NCBI GenBank assembly: GCA_001512945.1 | Contig: LFTF01000018.1 | Location: forward strand, 1,417-51,251 | Source of the DNA: Clostridiales bacterium DTU023 | Lineage (GTDB): Bacteria; Bacillota; Clostridia; Saccharofermentanales; DTU023 | DNA: 49,835 nt | Reading direction: 5' to 3' | In this document: positions 19,486 to 29,248 of the stretch, piece after piece | Position numbering within the stretch: position 1 is the first letter of the stretch | Layout: each line of letters begins with the position of its first letter | Made by a program: the position numbers and the translations under genes | Notes under the pieces: generated by a model | Told to the model about the DNA's origin: nothing | Databases searched by the model: none | The model's input: only the letters and a program-made list of their open reading frames with translations

Positions 19486-21897
19486 TTAATGATCGCCGCC
19501 CTGTCCGGTTTCCGCACCCGACTGCGGGACTTGGGTGAAGTATACTTTCACAACCTGTCCACGCCTCACTTTCCCAGATGCGTCGAGTTCACTGTCCCCC
19601 GCTGACGAGGGTGAGCCTGTTTCTTTGTCCACGGCCGCAAGAGCTCGACTGGAGGTAGGAGCGATGTCCTGTGCCAGTGACGGACCTTGAGGTGTTCCTA
19701 CTGGCGCAATCGTCACGCCGTATTCGGCGGCTAGCCAGACACACTCATGGTAATTTCTACCTTGAAAGTCGGGCACAGCTACCCATTCTACTTCATTTGC
19801 CTTGTCCGGGTAAAGCCATACAGTTGAACCTCGCCCAACATGTGATCCAGAAGCCGGAGAAATGCTGACACATGGCTGATCAAGATAGAATTGATCCGTA
19901 GGAACACAAGGCGCAAGATCAAGCATGATTAACTGTAACGCCGCGTCTCTGATTTTCATTGTTGAAAAATCAGGTAACTCCACCGTTCGACTCAGATAGC
20001 TGAGTTCTTCTTGGGAATAATTCTGTTTAACGCCTCGCGTATTCAAAATTCTGGCAGCGATACGGTTTGCGGCGCGTGCTGCAGATGTACTTAATGTAAT
20101 TGACGTCTCCGGTTTATGTATCGATACAAGAACGACATATTCTGGTTCATCGTAAGGCACGAGGCCGACAAAAGAAAAGGTTCGTCTTTCGTCATCGTTT
20201 GCGTCAATCGCGGTCCCGGTTTTGCCTCCGATTTTTAACCCGATACCTCCAAAAGTACCAGATGCCGTTCCTTGTCTCACGACGTCTCTTAACATAAGGC
20301 GCACGCGAGCGCACGTGTCGTTCGAGAACATCTGGGGGCTCTCGTTCAATGGAAAAGACTCCATCACATCAATCCCGTCTTCAGTTGCGGCACACCCCAG
20401 TCGCGGTGTAACCATATAACCTCCATTCCCAACTGTTGCGAAAAACTGTGCCAACTGTATGGCTGTTAAAGAAGATGATTCCCCGAAAGTCAGGTTGGCA
20501 AAGTCGATCGGCATGGGTTTGGCATGTAACAATCCCACTGCCTCTGCTGGCAGGTCGATGCCTGTTCGTCCGTAAAATCCAAGTTTGCGTATCCAGTCGT
20601 AGTACAAATCTTGGCCAACTCTTTCGCCTAACTGAACAAATACGGGATTGCATGACAGATAAAAAGCCTGACGTAATGTTTCATCACCGTGACCTTGTCT
20701 GGTGTAGCAAGATATCTCTTCTCCTTGAATTTTAATGGGATCATCGTGAAATATCGTTTGTTCCCAGGCGACATTTTCTTCCAATCCGATGGCAAGTGTT
20801 ATTGCTTTGAAGACCGAGCCCGGTTCATATACATCCGTGATGTTGGTGTTTTTCCAGAGATTAGCAATCAGATAATTCGTCTTTTCATCAGAACTCAGCG
20901 CCCCCCAATGCTCTTCTGTGAAGCCAAGAGGAAGGGCCGTCGGATCAGAGGCATCAAAAGGCGCAAGCTGTGCCATGGCGACTACGTTACCTGTTTTCAC
21001 CTCCATCACCAGGCCGTTGACACCGCGTGTAAGACCAGCGGCTGATGCAGCCGTAAGGAGTTCTTCCTGTAGGATTGATTGAAACTCAAGATCGAGCGTG
21101 GAGACAAGGTGATGACTCTTTTCAACGGGTCGAGAGACAGGCGAAGAAAAAGGAATAACGCCTTTGGTGGTGTAGTTATTCCTTTTCGCAAACGTGTACC
21201 CCGGTTCACCGGACAGAAGCGCGTCATACGACGCCTCCAGCCCCGAAACCCCGATGAGTTTGCCGTCTACCAGTTGCGTCATACCAAGGAGGGGCGATCC
21301 CAAATTGCCATTGTTATACACTCGACGCTCTTCCGCATCAAAGCGGATTCCTCCGACGCCATTAACGGCAAGCCAGTCCTTTAAGGCCATGGCCTCTATT
21401 TCGGGTACTTCGCTCGCGATCGCGATATAGGGCACGGGATTATGCCCCGCTAAATGTTTTTTCAAACCCATCCATCCAGTTACTCGATCCGTTTTTATTT
21501 GCTCCAATGTAAGGGCGCAAGATTCATCGTCAAGCCCCAGGTGCTGTTTCATTTTCTCAACAATATCTTCATCGCTAATACTCTTTGCACGTGTGGCAAC
21601 ATCGCGGGGCGTCATTCCCACGCGGTAAACATAAGTGGAAAGAACGAGCGGATATCCATTTCTGTCGAGAATCATACCGCGACGCGGACTCTCTGTATGG
21701 GTCATATACTGCTGATTTGCTGCTTTTGCCGCGAGAACGTCGTGTTGGAGTATCTGAAGATGGTAGAAATGATTGACAACGGCCCCTGACGCAAAAAGAA
21801 AGACAAGAATCAACGCAACGAATTTGCCATCAAGCAATCTAAATGACAACTTTACGTTATGACTTATTTTTGTTATGTCATTAGGTTGACGTTTCAT
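19486..21897 (-). CDS. Class B penicillin-binding protein (FtsI/PBP2B/SpoVD type) with two C-terminal PASTA domains
   Basis: N-terminal TM, SxxK (GSVFKAIT), SxN (LSCN), KTG (GGKTGTA), then two PASTA-like repeats (ELPDFSTMKIRDAA...; AVPDFQGRNYHECV...). Confidence 0.9.
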   Translation of the reverse strand: MKRQPNDITKISHNVKLSFRLLDGKFVALILVFLFASGAVVNHFYHLQILQHDVLAAKAANQQYMTHTESPRRGMILDRNGYPLVLSTYVYRVGMTPRDVATRAKSISDEDIVEKMKQHLGLDDESCALTLEQIKTDRVTGWMGLKKHLAGHNPVPYIAIASEVPEIEAMALKDWLAVNGVGGIRFDAEERRVYNNGNLGSPLLGMTQLVDGKLIGVSGLEASYDALLSGEPGYTFAKRNNYTTKGVIPFSSPVSRPVEKSHHLVSTLDLEFQSILQEELLTAASAAGLTRGVNGLVMEVKTGNVVAMAQLAPFDASDPTALPLGFTEEHWGALSSDEKTNYLIANLWKNTNITDVYEPGSVFKAITLAIGLEENVAWEQTIFHDDPIKIQGEEISCYTRQGHGDETLRQAFYLSCNPVFVQLGERVGQDLYYDWIRKLGFYGRTGIDLPAEAVGLLHAKPMPIDFANLTFGESSSLTAIQLAQFFATVGNGGYMVTPRLGCAATEDGIDVMESFPLNESPQMFSNDTCARVRLMLRDVVRQGTASGTFGGIGLKIGGKTGTAIDANDDERRTFSFVGLVPYDEPEYVVLVSIHKPETSITLSTSAARAANRIAARILNTRGVKQNYSQEELSYLSRTVELPDFSTMKIRDAALQLIMLDLAPCVPTDQFYLDQPCVSISPASGSHVGRGSTVWLYPDKANEVEWVAVPDFQGRNYHECVWLAAEYGVTIAPVGTPQGPSLAQDIAPTSSRALAAVDKETGSPSSAGDSELDASGKVRRGQVVKVYFTQVPQSGAETGQGGDH

Positions 21898-21942
21898 TAG
21901 TTACCTCGATAAAGAGAGCAAAGACAACGGCAAAACCCCTGA

Positions 21943-22500
21943 TCAGCGCAGGCGAACCCAGGATTCAATTAGCTCCACGTTCTCGTTTACAAAACGCTTG
22001 CCGGGACTATTGTGCTCGAGTAGCAGATCTTGATCAGAACCGGCACGCAGAATAGCGGCAGGAACCAAAAGTATCTGGTCTGAAGCAGCTTTTTGCATAC
22101 CGAGTCTGTTGGTCGCGTTATCGCGAACTACTTGCAGAGATGATTTTGCAGATATCCGATCCTGCAAAAGACTATTATGTTTCTCAAATTCACTAATCTG
22201 TCGACTCAACCCGGCATTGACGAAACTCATCTCCGTAATTTTCGCGCTGCGCCAGACAACAAATCCGACCGCTACCGTCAAAGCAATAAACACTGTGAAG
22301 AGACGAAAGGCAGCTCGCGTTCGATTCCGACTCGCGATTTTGTATTGCTCGCGAATCGCTGCTTCGCTTCTTAATGTTTCGCGGCGCGCTTTCTTTTTGG
22401 CTTCACGTTCATCTGGATGCGGTGCATCGACTTGAGGCAATGCGTAAGATGCCGGGCGAGCGAATTGTCGGGCCAGATTGCCGTCTTCGTACATATTCAT
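21943..22500 (-). CDS. ftsL: FtsL-like septum formation protein (single TM + coiled coil)
   Basis: Located between rsmH and the PBP. Single TM (AAFRLFTVFIALTVAVGFVVW) followed by a leucine-zipper-like helix (LSRQISEFEKHNSLLQDRI). There is little sequence conservation, so the call rests largely on position and topology. Confidence 0.6.
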   Translation of the reverse strand: MNMYEDGNLARQFARPASYALPQVDAPHPDEREAKKKARRETLRSEAAIREQYKIASRNRTRAAFRLFTVFIALTVAVGFVVWRSAKITEMSFVNAGLSRQISEFEKHNSLLQDRISAKSSLQVVRDNATNRLGMQKAASDQILLVPAAILRAGSDQDLLLEHNSPGKRFVNENVELIESWVRLR

Positions 22501-23462
22501 GCGACACCTCCCCCAAACTCGAATACCCTGAGCTTCGCGCTACGGGCTCTGCGGTTATCTTGTATCTCTTCATCTGTCGCGACTTGCGGTTTGGAGCTCA
22601 CCTGATGGCCAATCGGTTGTTTACCGCAAACACATGTCGGAAAATCTCGAGGACATTCGCATGGTGACTGCCAACGTCGCATTGCTTGTTTGACCATCCT
22701 ATCTTCAAGCGAATGAAAACTGATCACAACAGCACGACCTCCTTGCGACATTACATCCGGAATTGCATGTAGTAAATGTGCAAGTTCCTGTTGCTCCCCA
22801 TTGACGGCCATTCGCAACGCCTGAAACGTTTTTCGCGCTGGATTTCCTTCGCGCCGAGCATGTGGAGGAACAGCGCCCGAGACGATTTGAGCCAGTTCTG
22901 CCGTTCTGTTAATCGTCTTTTTCTCTCTGGCTCGGATAATGGCTCTCGCAATGAGCGTTGCGTAGCGTTCTTCCCCGTACAATCTCAGCAGAGCAACCAA
23001 CTCACTTTCGGGAATCGCGGATAAGATGTCTGCCGCTGTTGAACTTTGCTCTGGGTTCATGCGCATATCGAGCGGTCCGTCATTCAGATAAGAGAATCCG
23101 CGCGCACTGCTATCGAGTTGGTGTGAACTAACACCCAGATCTGCCAATAGACCGTCAACGTGCCCAAGTTCCTCTTGTTGCAACCAATCGGGAAATTCTG
23201 AAAATGAGGCATGTACTGTCTTGTAAGTGGCGCTTGTTTCAATGCCTGACAATCTCGCATCACATATTTTTAGTGCCTCAGGATCGCGATCAGCTGCGTA
23301 TAGGCGTCCGTTCTTGCCTAACTTCTCCAAAATGGCTGCGCTGTGTCCTCCTCCACCCGCGGTTAAATCGAGGTAGAGACCGTCCGGTTTTACAGATAGC
23401 GCATCTATCGTCTCAACCGTCAGGACGGGCATGTGCCAGGCATTAAAGTCCACGGATGTCAT
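22497..23462 (-). CDS. rsmH: 16S rRNA (cytosine1402-N4)-methyltransferase
   Basis: HMPVLTVETIDAL...PDGLYLDLTAGGGGHS and ISFHSLEDR motifs. The track ORF extends to 23669 across mraZ. I use ATG 23462 (MTSVDFNAWHMPVL), with ATG 23432 as an alternative. Confidence 0.9.
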   Translation of the reverse strand: MTSVDFNAWHMPVLTVETIDALSVKPDGLYLDLTAGGGGHSAAILEKLGKNGRLYAADRDPEALKICDARLSGIETSATYKTVHASFSEFPDWLQQEELGHVDGLLADLGVSSHQLDSSARGFSYLNDGPLDMRMNPEQSSTAADILSAIPESELVALLRLYGEERYATLIARAIIRAREKKTINRTAELAQIVSGAVPPHARREGNPARKTFQALRMAVNGEQQELAHLLHAIPDVMSQGGRAVVISFHSLEDRMVKQAMRRWQSPCECPRDFPTCVCGKQPIGHQVSSKPQVATDEEIQDNRRARSAKLRVFEFGGGVA

Positions 23463-23877
23463 AGCCCGACAGATCCATTTCTGCCAACGAAGCCTCTTGC
23501 TCCGAACTTTCATCGAAGAAGGCTTGTGAACAGATTTCGATTTTATCGAAAACATCGATGAAACATATCTCTTCTCCAGGCTCGACCTGAATATGTTTCC
23601 AAAGAAAAGCTGGAACAGACATACGTCCTTGGGCGTCAAATTCACATACGGTTGAAGCGCCGAGAACATCGCGCTTCAATTTTCGTATCTCATAACCTGT
23701 ACTTGAATTATTGAGGATTTGATCTTTGATCGTGTTAAACTGCTCAGGCGTGTATGCCGCCAGGAAACCATCATCGATTCCCTGAGTTACGACAAGAACA
23801 CCGCCAAGCATTTCGCGGAGTTTGGCCGGAACAATTACCCGACCTTTTGTATCGATTGTATGCGTGTAACGCGCCAC
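23443..23877 (-). CDS. mraZ: Transcriptional regulator MraZ
   Basis: Duplicated SpoVT/AbrB-like halves: IDTKGRVIVPAKLRE and FDAQGRMSVPAFLWK. GTG start. First gene of the dcw cluster. Confidence 0.93.
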   Translation of the reverse strand: MARYTHTIDTKGRVIVPAKLREMLGGVLVVTQGIDDGFLAAYTPEQFNTIKDQILNNSSTGYEIRKLKRDVLGASTVCEFDAQGRMSVPAFLWKHIQVEPGEEICFIDVFDKIEICSQAFFDESSEQEASLAEMDLSGYDIRGL

Positions 23878-23904
23878 AACTCCACACCTTCCTTCTTATG
23901 CTGC

Positions 23905-23955
23905 ATTCTACCACAATTTACCACCTAATTGTCAATTTCAACCACAATTCCCCAC
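23905..23955 (-). promoter_or_regulatory. mraZ/dcw promoter (TTGACA ... TGgTAGAAT) overlapped by four phased GTGG(G/T) direct repeats (putative MraZ operator)
   Basis: Minus strand: ttaGTGGGgaattGTGGTtgaaaTTGACAattagGTGGTaaattGTGGTAGAAT. The -35 TTGACA is at 23930-23935 and the extended -10 TGGTAGAAT ends at 23905, with a long 19-nt spacer. CCAC on the plus strand starts at 23911, 23921, 23942 and 23952, giving 10/21/10-nt phasing. Confidence 0.55.
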
Positions 23956-23973
23956 TAATTGATAGTTTTACAT

Positions 23974-23998
23974 AAAAAAACACCGGATTAGATCCGGT
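23974..23998 (-). terminator. Rho-independent terminator after rodA
   Basis: Minus-strand ACCGGAU-CUA-AUCCGGU forms a perfect 7-bp stem. After a single G it is followed by seven U. It lies 34 nt downstream of the rodA stop. Confidence 0.7.
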
Positions 23999-24031
23999 AT
24001 GCTTGAAATACACTTCAAAGAGACGCTTGGG

Positions 24032-25219
24032 TCAGACAGCTAGGGGAGCCTCTCGGAGCATCCGTTCGTTATGATTCATCGAATAATTTAAGAGCACTCC
24101 CAGCAATAGAAAATTAGATATCATGGCAGAGCCACCGTAACTAATAAACGGAAGCGGAATGCCTGTGATTGGGAGAAGACCGACGGTCATGCCGATATTC
24201 TCGATAAAATGGAATGCCATGCCCGTAATCAAAGCCACCATGATGTAGGATTCTTCCGGCGATCGCGAGACAATCTTGCTTGCCACGCGCAGCGTGTGGG
24301 CAATAAGGTAGACCGCGAGCAAGATGATAAGCGTTGTGCCAATCAATCCGAGTTGCTCGGAAATCGCAGGAAAAATGAAATCGGATTCTTTAACCGGCAC
24401 GCTGACCGTATTTCCGGCCCGATTACCTGCGAGACCGCCTGACGCCACGGCCGCAAGCGATTGTTCGATATGGTATGAGGCTGTTTTGTCATGACCTCTA
24501 AAAAGAAATGTCATGATTCTATCTTTTTGCGTTGAATTGAGCGCAAATTGCCACGTAAGAGGAAGCACCACAAAGACGGCGCTCGTCACTGACAGAAGGA
24601 TTGTTCGCCAACGTACACCCCAGACAAACGCTGTGCTGAGAAACATAAAGATAAGCACGAGACTTGTTCCGAGATCAGGTTCCGTAACGACAAACAGAAA
24701 TGGTAACCCGTACAATAATCCAATTCTAAAAAAACCGGTACGTACCGCTAACTCGCCGCGTTTCATGGCTGCAAATACCGGGCCCGTCATCATGGCGACG
24801 CCGATCTTCGATAACTCCGATGGCTGAAAAGAACCAAAGAGCGGGATTCGCAACCAGCTATCTGCGCCTGCCACCGGCCTGTAACCGTCAATTTTGACAA
24901 CGAATAGCAAAATAATACTCACAATGTAAATAATGCCGCCAATCAAGCGCATAGTAGGCGGCTCAAATAAGCAGAGGATGGATGCGGCCACCACACCAAG
25001 GAGAACCGCTGCGATCTGTTTGTAGTAATTCATCGGGTAGTCAAAGATGACAGCGCCATAACCCTTGGCAAGCACTGTGTTGAGAACGACAAGTCCGATT
25101 ATGACGAGCATGAGAACAGGAACAAGCATCCGATAATCGAGCGCGCGAAAAAACATATCTGCGCGAGAAGCTTTATACTCCCCTCCTGTTCGTCGCATCC
25201 CTCCATCGGTCCATTCCAT
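24032..25219 (-). CDS. rodA: SEDS-family protein RodA/FtsW type
   Basis: Polytopic membrane protein with SEDS motifs (QPSELSKI, ESDFIFPAISEQLG, LPFISYGGS). It is a second SEDS paralogue outside the dcw cluster, hence the RodA-like call. Confidence 0.82.
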   Translation of the reverse strand: MEWTDGGMRRTGGEYKASRADMFFRALDYRMLVPVLMLVIIGLVVLNTVLAKGYGAVIFDYPMNYYKQIAAVLLGVVAASILCLFEPPTMRLIGGIIYIVSIILLFVVKIDGYRPVAGADSWLRIPLFGSFQPSELSKIGVAMMTGPVFAAMKRGELAVRTGFFRIGLLYGLPFLFVVTEPDLGTSLVLIFMFLSTAFVWGVRWRTILLSVTSAVFVVLPLTWQFALNSTQKDRIMTFLFRGHDKTASYHIEQSLAAVASGGLAGNRAGNTVSVPVKESDFIFPAISEQLGLIGTTLIILLAVYLIAHTLRVASKIVSRSPEESYIMVALITGMAFHFIENIGMTVGLLPITGIPLPFISYGGSAMISNFLLLGVLLNYSMNHNERMLREAPLAV

Positions 25220-25237
25220 TATTACGAACTCCGAAAC

Positions 25238-26203
25238 TCAATCGTCAATTTCACTGGTATCCGCCAGTGGTATTTCAATTATATCTGCAGGAGTTGCCGC
25301 CAAACCTGCGAGCATCTGGTCGCGCTTTTTGCCTTTGATATGTAAAATTACAAACACAATAATCGAACCTATGACCATGACGGCCGAGACTACCTGCGAG
25401 ATTCGCAACTCGTAACCTCCAAGGAAAAACATGAGCGAATCCGTGCGGACTCCTTCAACAAAAAAGCGGACAATTCCATAAAGGAAAAAATAAGTCATTA
25501 CAGTCATATAAGGCCTTTTTGAGCGCTTGCGTATCACAAGCAGAATCACGAATATCAGCATATTCGCAATAAACTCATAAAGAAACGTCGGGTGGACCGG
25601 TAAGGCTGGGTTGAGTCCGGGCAACGGACTGGCCGGGTTTGGATTAAGCATTGCGAGTCCTTCGGCAGTTCCTTCGCTGATCATGCCCCAGGGAAGTGAC
25701 GTGTTGGTACCGAATGCCTCTTGATTGAAAAAATTCCCCCAACGGCCAATTCCCTGGCCAAGAGGGAGATAGACCGCAAAAAAATCAAGTACACGATGTA
25801 ACTTGACGCGTTTGATCCGGGCGACCATGACAACCGCGATGATTCCCCCGATGACACCTCCGTAAAACGCGAGCCCACCTCGTCGCAAATCAATGATCGC
25901 TGCCCAGTCTCCCTTGAATTGACTCCACTCAAACGCGACAAAATAGATACGTGAACCTATGAGAATAAGCGGTATCATCCACAGAAAATAGTCCAGGATG
26001 TCATCGCCGGTGAAATCATATTTTTTTGCGTGGGTCATAGCCAGCACGATACAGAGCACCATTGCGATCGTGAAAATCAAACCGTACCAATAGACGGTCA
26101 TTTGGTGTCCGAACAGATTAAACTCAAATGCTATACGGCTGATCGAAATATTTTCTATGCCGAGTCCAGGAAAGGACACATGATAATTACAAACAAAGTG
26201 CAT
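25238..26203 (-). CDS. lgt: Prolipoprotein diacylglyceryl transferase
   Basis: Lgt motifs YGLIFTIAM, GGLAFYGGVIGG and GRWGNFFNQE, plus a polytopic membrane profile. Confidence 0.9.
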   Translation of the reverse strand: MHFVCNYHVSFPGLGIENISISRIAFEFNLFGHQMTVYWYGLIFTIAMVLCIVLAMTHAKKYDFTGDDILDYFLWMIPLILIGSRIYFVAFEWSQFKGDWAAIIDLRRGGLAFYGGVIGGIIAVVMVARIKRVKLHRVLDFFAVYLPLGQGIGRWGNFFNQEAFGTNTSLPWGMISEGTAEGLAMLNPNPASPLPGLNPALPVHPTFLYEFIANMLIFVILLVIRKRSKRPYMTVMTYFFLYGIVRFFVEGVRTDSLMFFLGGYELRISQVVSAVMVIGSIIVFVILHIKGKKRDQMLAGLAATPADIIEIPLADTSEIDD

Positions 26204-26235
26204 GGACTACTTACCTCCGAAACAACGCTATTTTA

Positions 26236-27168
26236 TCATACTGAATGCTGGGCAAGAACAGATGCGAGATCTTCATCAACTTGTGTCTTGAGTTCGTCAA
26301 GTGATTTGAATCGCCGTTCATCGCGAATAAATGACAGGAATTCTACTTCAATGATCTGTCCGTAGAGATCGCCATCAAAATCGAACACATATGATTCCGC
26401 CAAAAGTTCACGCGAATCCCGCCTAACAGTCGGTGCCGTGCCGACATTGGTGATCGCCTTGTAGCGTGACTCTCCTGCAATGACATAAGTAGCGTAAACG
26501 CCGCGCCGAACGAGGGCCGACGCTGCGGGGTAAAGGATATTGGCTGTTGGAAATCCGATTCTTCTTCCCAGTCTGTTGCCGCTGATGACCTCTCCTGTCA
26601 ACCGGAAGGGACGTGACATCATGCGGGTGGCGTCTTCTACCTCCCCCTTCTTGAGTGCCTCTCGGATACGTGTACTCGAAATTTTTTCACCATTCAAAAG
26701 TACTTCAGGAACAACTAGCGGTTCAAGTGAGTGGTTCGCGGCATAGTCTTCCAAAAAGTCTGCGCCGCCTTTGCCCCCTCTGCCGAAGTGACCGTCCTCT
26801 CCAATGGCGAGCACCCGCCCACCCAACTTGCCGGCAATAACACTGTCAAGAAATTCAAACGGCGACAGGTCGCAGAAATCATGCGTGAGCGGGATGAGGA
26901 ATACTTCGCTAACCCCCTCGCGTTGGAATACGTCAAGCTTTTGAGCTTGTGTCATGAGAAAATTGTGGTCAAGGCGCCGGTCATTAAAGTCATAACCATC
27001 CCCATATGAAAACGTGAAGACACACGGGCGAAGATTTCGCTCGCTGCATGAGTCACGCAACGCACGGATCAGCGATAAATGTCCGAGATGGACACCGTCA
27101 AAGACACCGAGAGCAAACCCGCGGGGCACCGTCTTTATCTCATCCAAACTTTGATATACGGTCAACAT
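26236..27168 (-). CDS. ribF: Bifunctional riboflavin kinase / FMN adenylyltransferase
   Basis: FALGVFDGVHLGH (FAD synthetase) and GFPTANI...GVY (riboflavin kinase). Start placed at ATG 27168 (MLTVYQS), 11 nt after GAGGGAG and 6 nt after the truB stop codon. Confidence 0.9.
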   Translation of the reverse strand: MLTVYQSLDEIKTVPRGFALGVFDGVHLGHLSLIRALRDSCSERNLRPCVFTFSYGDGYDFNDRRLDHNFLMTQAQKLDVFQREGVSEVFLIPLTHDFCDLSPFEFLDSVIAGKLGGRVLAIGEDGHFGRGGKGGADFLEDYAANHSLEPLVVPEVLLNGEKISSTRIREALKKGEVEDATRMMSRPFRLTGEVISGNRLGRRIGFPTANILYPAASALVRRGVYATYVIAGESRYKAITNVGTAPTVRRDSRELLAESYVFDFDGDLYGQIIEVEFLSFIRDERRFKSLDELKTQVDEDLASVLAQHSV

Positions 27169-27176
27169 CCGACACA

Positions 27177-28208
27177 TTACTCCCTCAACAAATCTTCCGG
27201 CGTTGTAAAAACACGCTGAACACGACACACATCTTGGGTTGCCTTTCCGACTGCCACAAGCTTGTCATTGTAAACAAACGCCAACCACTCATTACCGGGA
27301 GGCGGTGCCAGCAACGCGGTCAACGGTTCTGCCACGACAACACGTTCCACAGCCGGGGCAATCGTTTTCCCATGTGCGAGATCGATCGCCTCTTTCTTTG
27401 TGAGTTCCATTCGCGGCCAGCCAATAAATGCTTGTCTGACAGGCAGCAAAACACCTCGTTCTGCCAACTCTATGCGGAGCTTTACAGGGTCTTTTTCCAG
27501 TGACCCAAAAAGCTCAAAAAGATCATCTATACGAACAGCGTCCGCGACACTGAAATGACCTGACGCGAGCCGCCGGAGTTTTGATACATGACCCAAGCAA
27601 TCCAGTTGTCTGCCCAGTTGATCCGCAAGTACTCGGATATAGGTTCCCGGGCTGACCAGAAACTCTACGGTTACGATCGGATATCCCCGTTCTCCTTGGT
27701 TGATTTTGAGAAAGCGCGACTCGTACACTGTGATTTCTCTTTGAGCGCGTTCAATGTCTTTGCCCTCACGGGCATATTTGTACAGAGGTTTGCCTTTAAA
27801 TTTGACAGCTGAATACATAGGCGCTTTTTGGCATGTTTCTTCTGTTAGCGATGAGACCGTTGAAGAAAGTATTCCCAGCGCTTCTTCATCATTGCTATCC
27901 AGGAAGCGTTTCCACGTCATCGGATCAGTCGCGCTCTCTGACACATCGCCTTCGCGATCCATCGTCGTTGTGGCCGTGCCGAGCTCTATGTCACAGAGAT
28001 AGCGTTTATTCCAGTTGAGCATGAATGTGGCCGCGGCCGTTGCACGACCGTAACAGATCGGCAGCACTCCGGTTGCCAACGGGTCAAGCGTGCCAGTGTG
28101 ACCGACCCGCCTCTCATTTAACAGACGCCTGAGTGCGGCGACGACAGACGCCGATGTAAAGCCTGTCGCTTTATCAACGATGATGATACCGTCTACAGGA
28201 TCTGTCAT
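27177..28208 (-). CDS. truB: tRNA pseudouridine-55 synthase
   Basis: Catalytic motif VGHTGTLDPLATGVLPI and a PUA-like C-terminus. It lies between nrnA and ribF as in many Firmicutes. Confidence 0.92.
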   Translation of the reverse strand: MTDPVDGIIIVDKATGFTSASVVAALRRLLNERRVGHTGTLDPLATGVLPICYGRATAAATFMLNWNKRYLCDIELGTATTTMDREGDVSESATDPMTWKRFLDSNDEEALGILSSTVSSLTEETCQKAPMYSAVKFKGKPLYKYAREGKDIERAQREITVYESRFLKINQGERGYPIVTVEFLVSPGTYIRVLADQLGRQLDCLGHVSKLRRLASGHFSVADAVRIDDLFELFGSLEKDPVKLRIELAERGVLLPVRQAFIGWPRMELTKKEAIDLAHGKTIAPAVERVVVAEPLTALLAPPPGNEWLAFVYNDKLVAVGKATQDVCRVQRVFTTPEDLLRE

Positions 28209-29248
28209 CCCGTTTTGCCCCGACCGGAACAGCGATTCAGGTAAGCCTCGGCCTCGCGAGCTACCGTCTCCATCGCCTGTTCAATCGAAAGGTCGCTGAT
28301 CGCCATACCTGCTGCCTTGACATGTCCGCCACCTCCGAATATAGCCGCAAACTCCGCTGAATCGAAACAGCTATTTGAGCGGATACTGACACGGATAGAA
28401 CCGTCTTGAGTCTCAATAAACAAAAACACGACGTCGATGTCTTCTGATGCCCTTATTTCCGAAGCCAAATTCGACAGGTCATCGTCCGGCGCCTGTCGGC
28501 GCATTAGCATAGCTTGCGTGACATGAGCGAGTAAGATGCGTCCTTCCGCGACAGACGTAATGGTTGAGAATATATCGCCTTTAATCTGCAGGCGGTTGAT
28601 CGTGGTTCGTTCGTATAGGTTGTAATGGAGTTCAGCAAGATCGACCTCGAACCGCTCAAGGAGAAAGGCTGCCTGCCTCAGGCAGAGAGGCGTCGTATTG
28701 CTATATGAATAACGTCCTGTGTCGGTGATTGTGCCCGCGAGTAACAGGATAGCGATCGTGTGATCAAAAAACGGACAAGCGTGATGCAATTCGAGATCCC
28801 AGATCATTTCGAATACGAGTTCGCATGACGAAGACGCCCCTGTGTCAATGTATTCAAGGTCACTCGGTTCGACTTGTTGGACATGGTGATCAATGGCGCC
28901 ACGAAGCGGTGTTTTAAGGAAACAATCCCCACGACGACCAAGCCGATGGGGTTCATGACAATCGACCGCAATTGCGAAATCAAAAACAGGACACTCCCGA
29001 TCACTGTCATGAACAACAATGTCTTCGAGCCCGGGAAGCTCAAGGAGCGAAGGAGGTACTTGCTCGTCTGTGAGTACAGTTGTCCGGCAACCGAGTGATC
29101 GGAATGCCCTTGAAAGTGAAACAGCCGCGCCAATCGCGTCGGCGTCAAACCGTTCGTGCGGGAAAAGTCCTATATGTCCTTTGACCGCGGCAAGATCAAG
29201 TACGATCTCAAGTAGTCGGTTGCTCGCCTCTCGTGGCTTGTGTTTCAT
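28205..29248 (-). CDS. nrnA: DHH/DHHA1 phosphoesterase (NrnA-type nanoRNase / pAp phosphatase)
   Basis: DHH-family motifs FDADAIGAA, DHH (AIDHHVQ) and GGGGH (FGGGGHVKAAG). Start at ATG 29248, preceded by GAGGAGG at 6 nt. It overlaps the rbfA 3' end by 41 nt. Confidence 0.82.
   Translation of the reverse strand: MKHKPREASNRLLEIVLDLAAVKGHIGLFPHERFDADAIGAAVSLSRAFRSLGCRTTVLTDEQVPPSLLELPGLEDIVVHDSDRECPVFDFAIAVDCHEPHRLGRRGDCFLKTPLRGAIDHHVQQVEPSDLEYIDTGASSSCELVFEMIWDLELHHACPFFDHTIAILLLAGTITDTGRYSYSNTTPLCLRQAAFLLERFEVDLAELHYNLYERTTINRLQIKGDIFSTITSVAEGRILLAHVTQAMLMRRQAPDDDLSNLASEIRASEDIDVVFLFIETQDGSIRVSIRSNSCFDSAEFAAIFGGGGHVKAAGMAISDLSIEQAMETVAREAEAYLNRCSGRGKTG

Noticed and set aside
23463-23669. N-terminal extension of the rsmH ORF (390 aa in the track) running through mraZ
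   Set aside because: The extension overlaps most of the mraZ 3' half and adds 69 non-conserved residues ahead of the canonical RsmH N-terminus. Similar over-extended track starts were trimmed for ddl, the coiled-coil gene, the response regulator, nusA, nrnA, ribF, uraA and fdrA.
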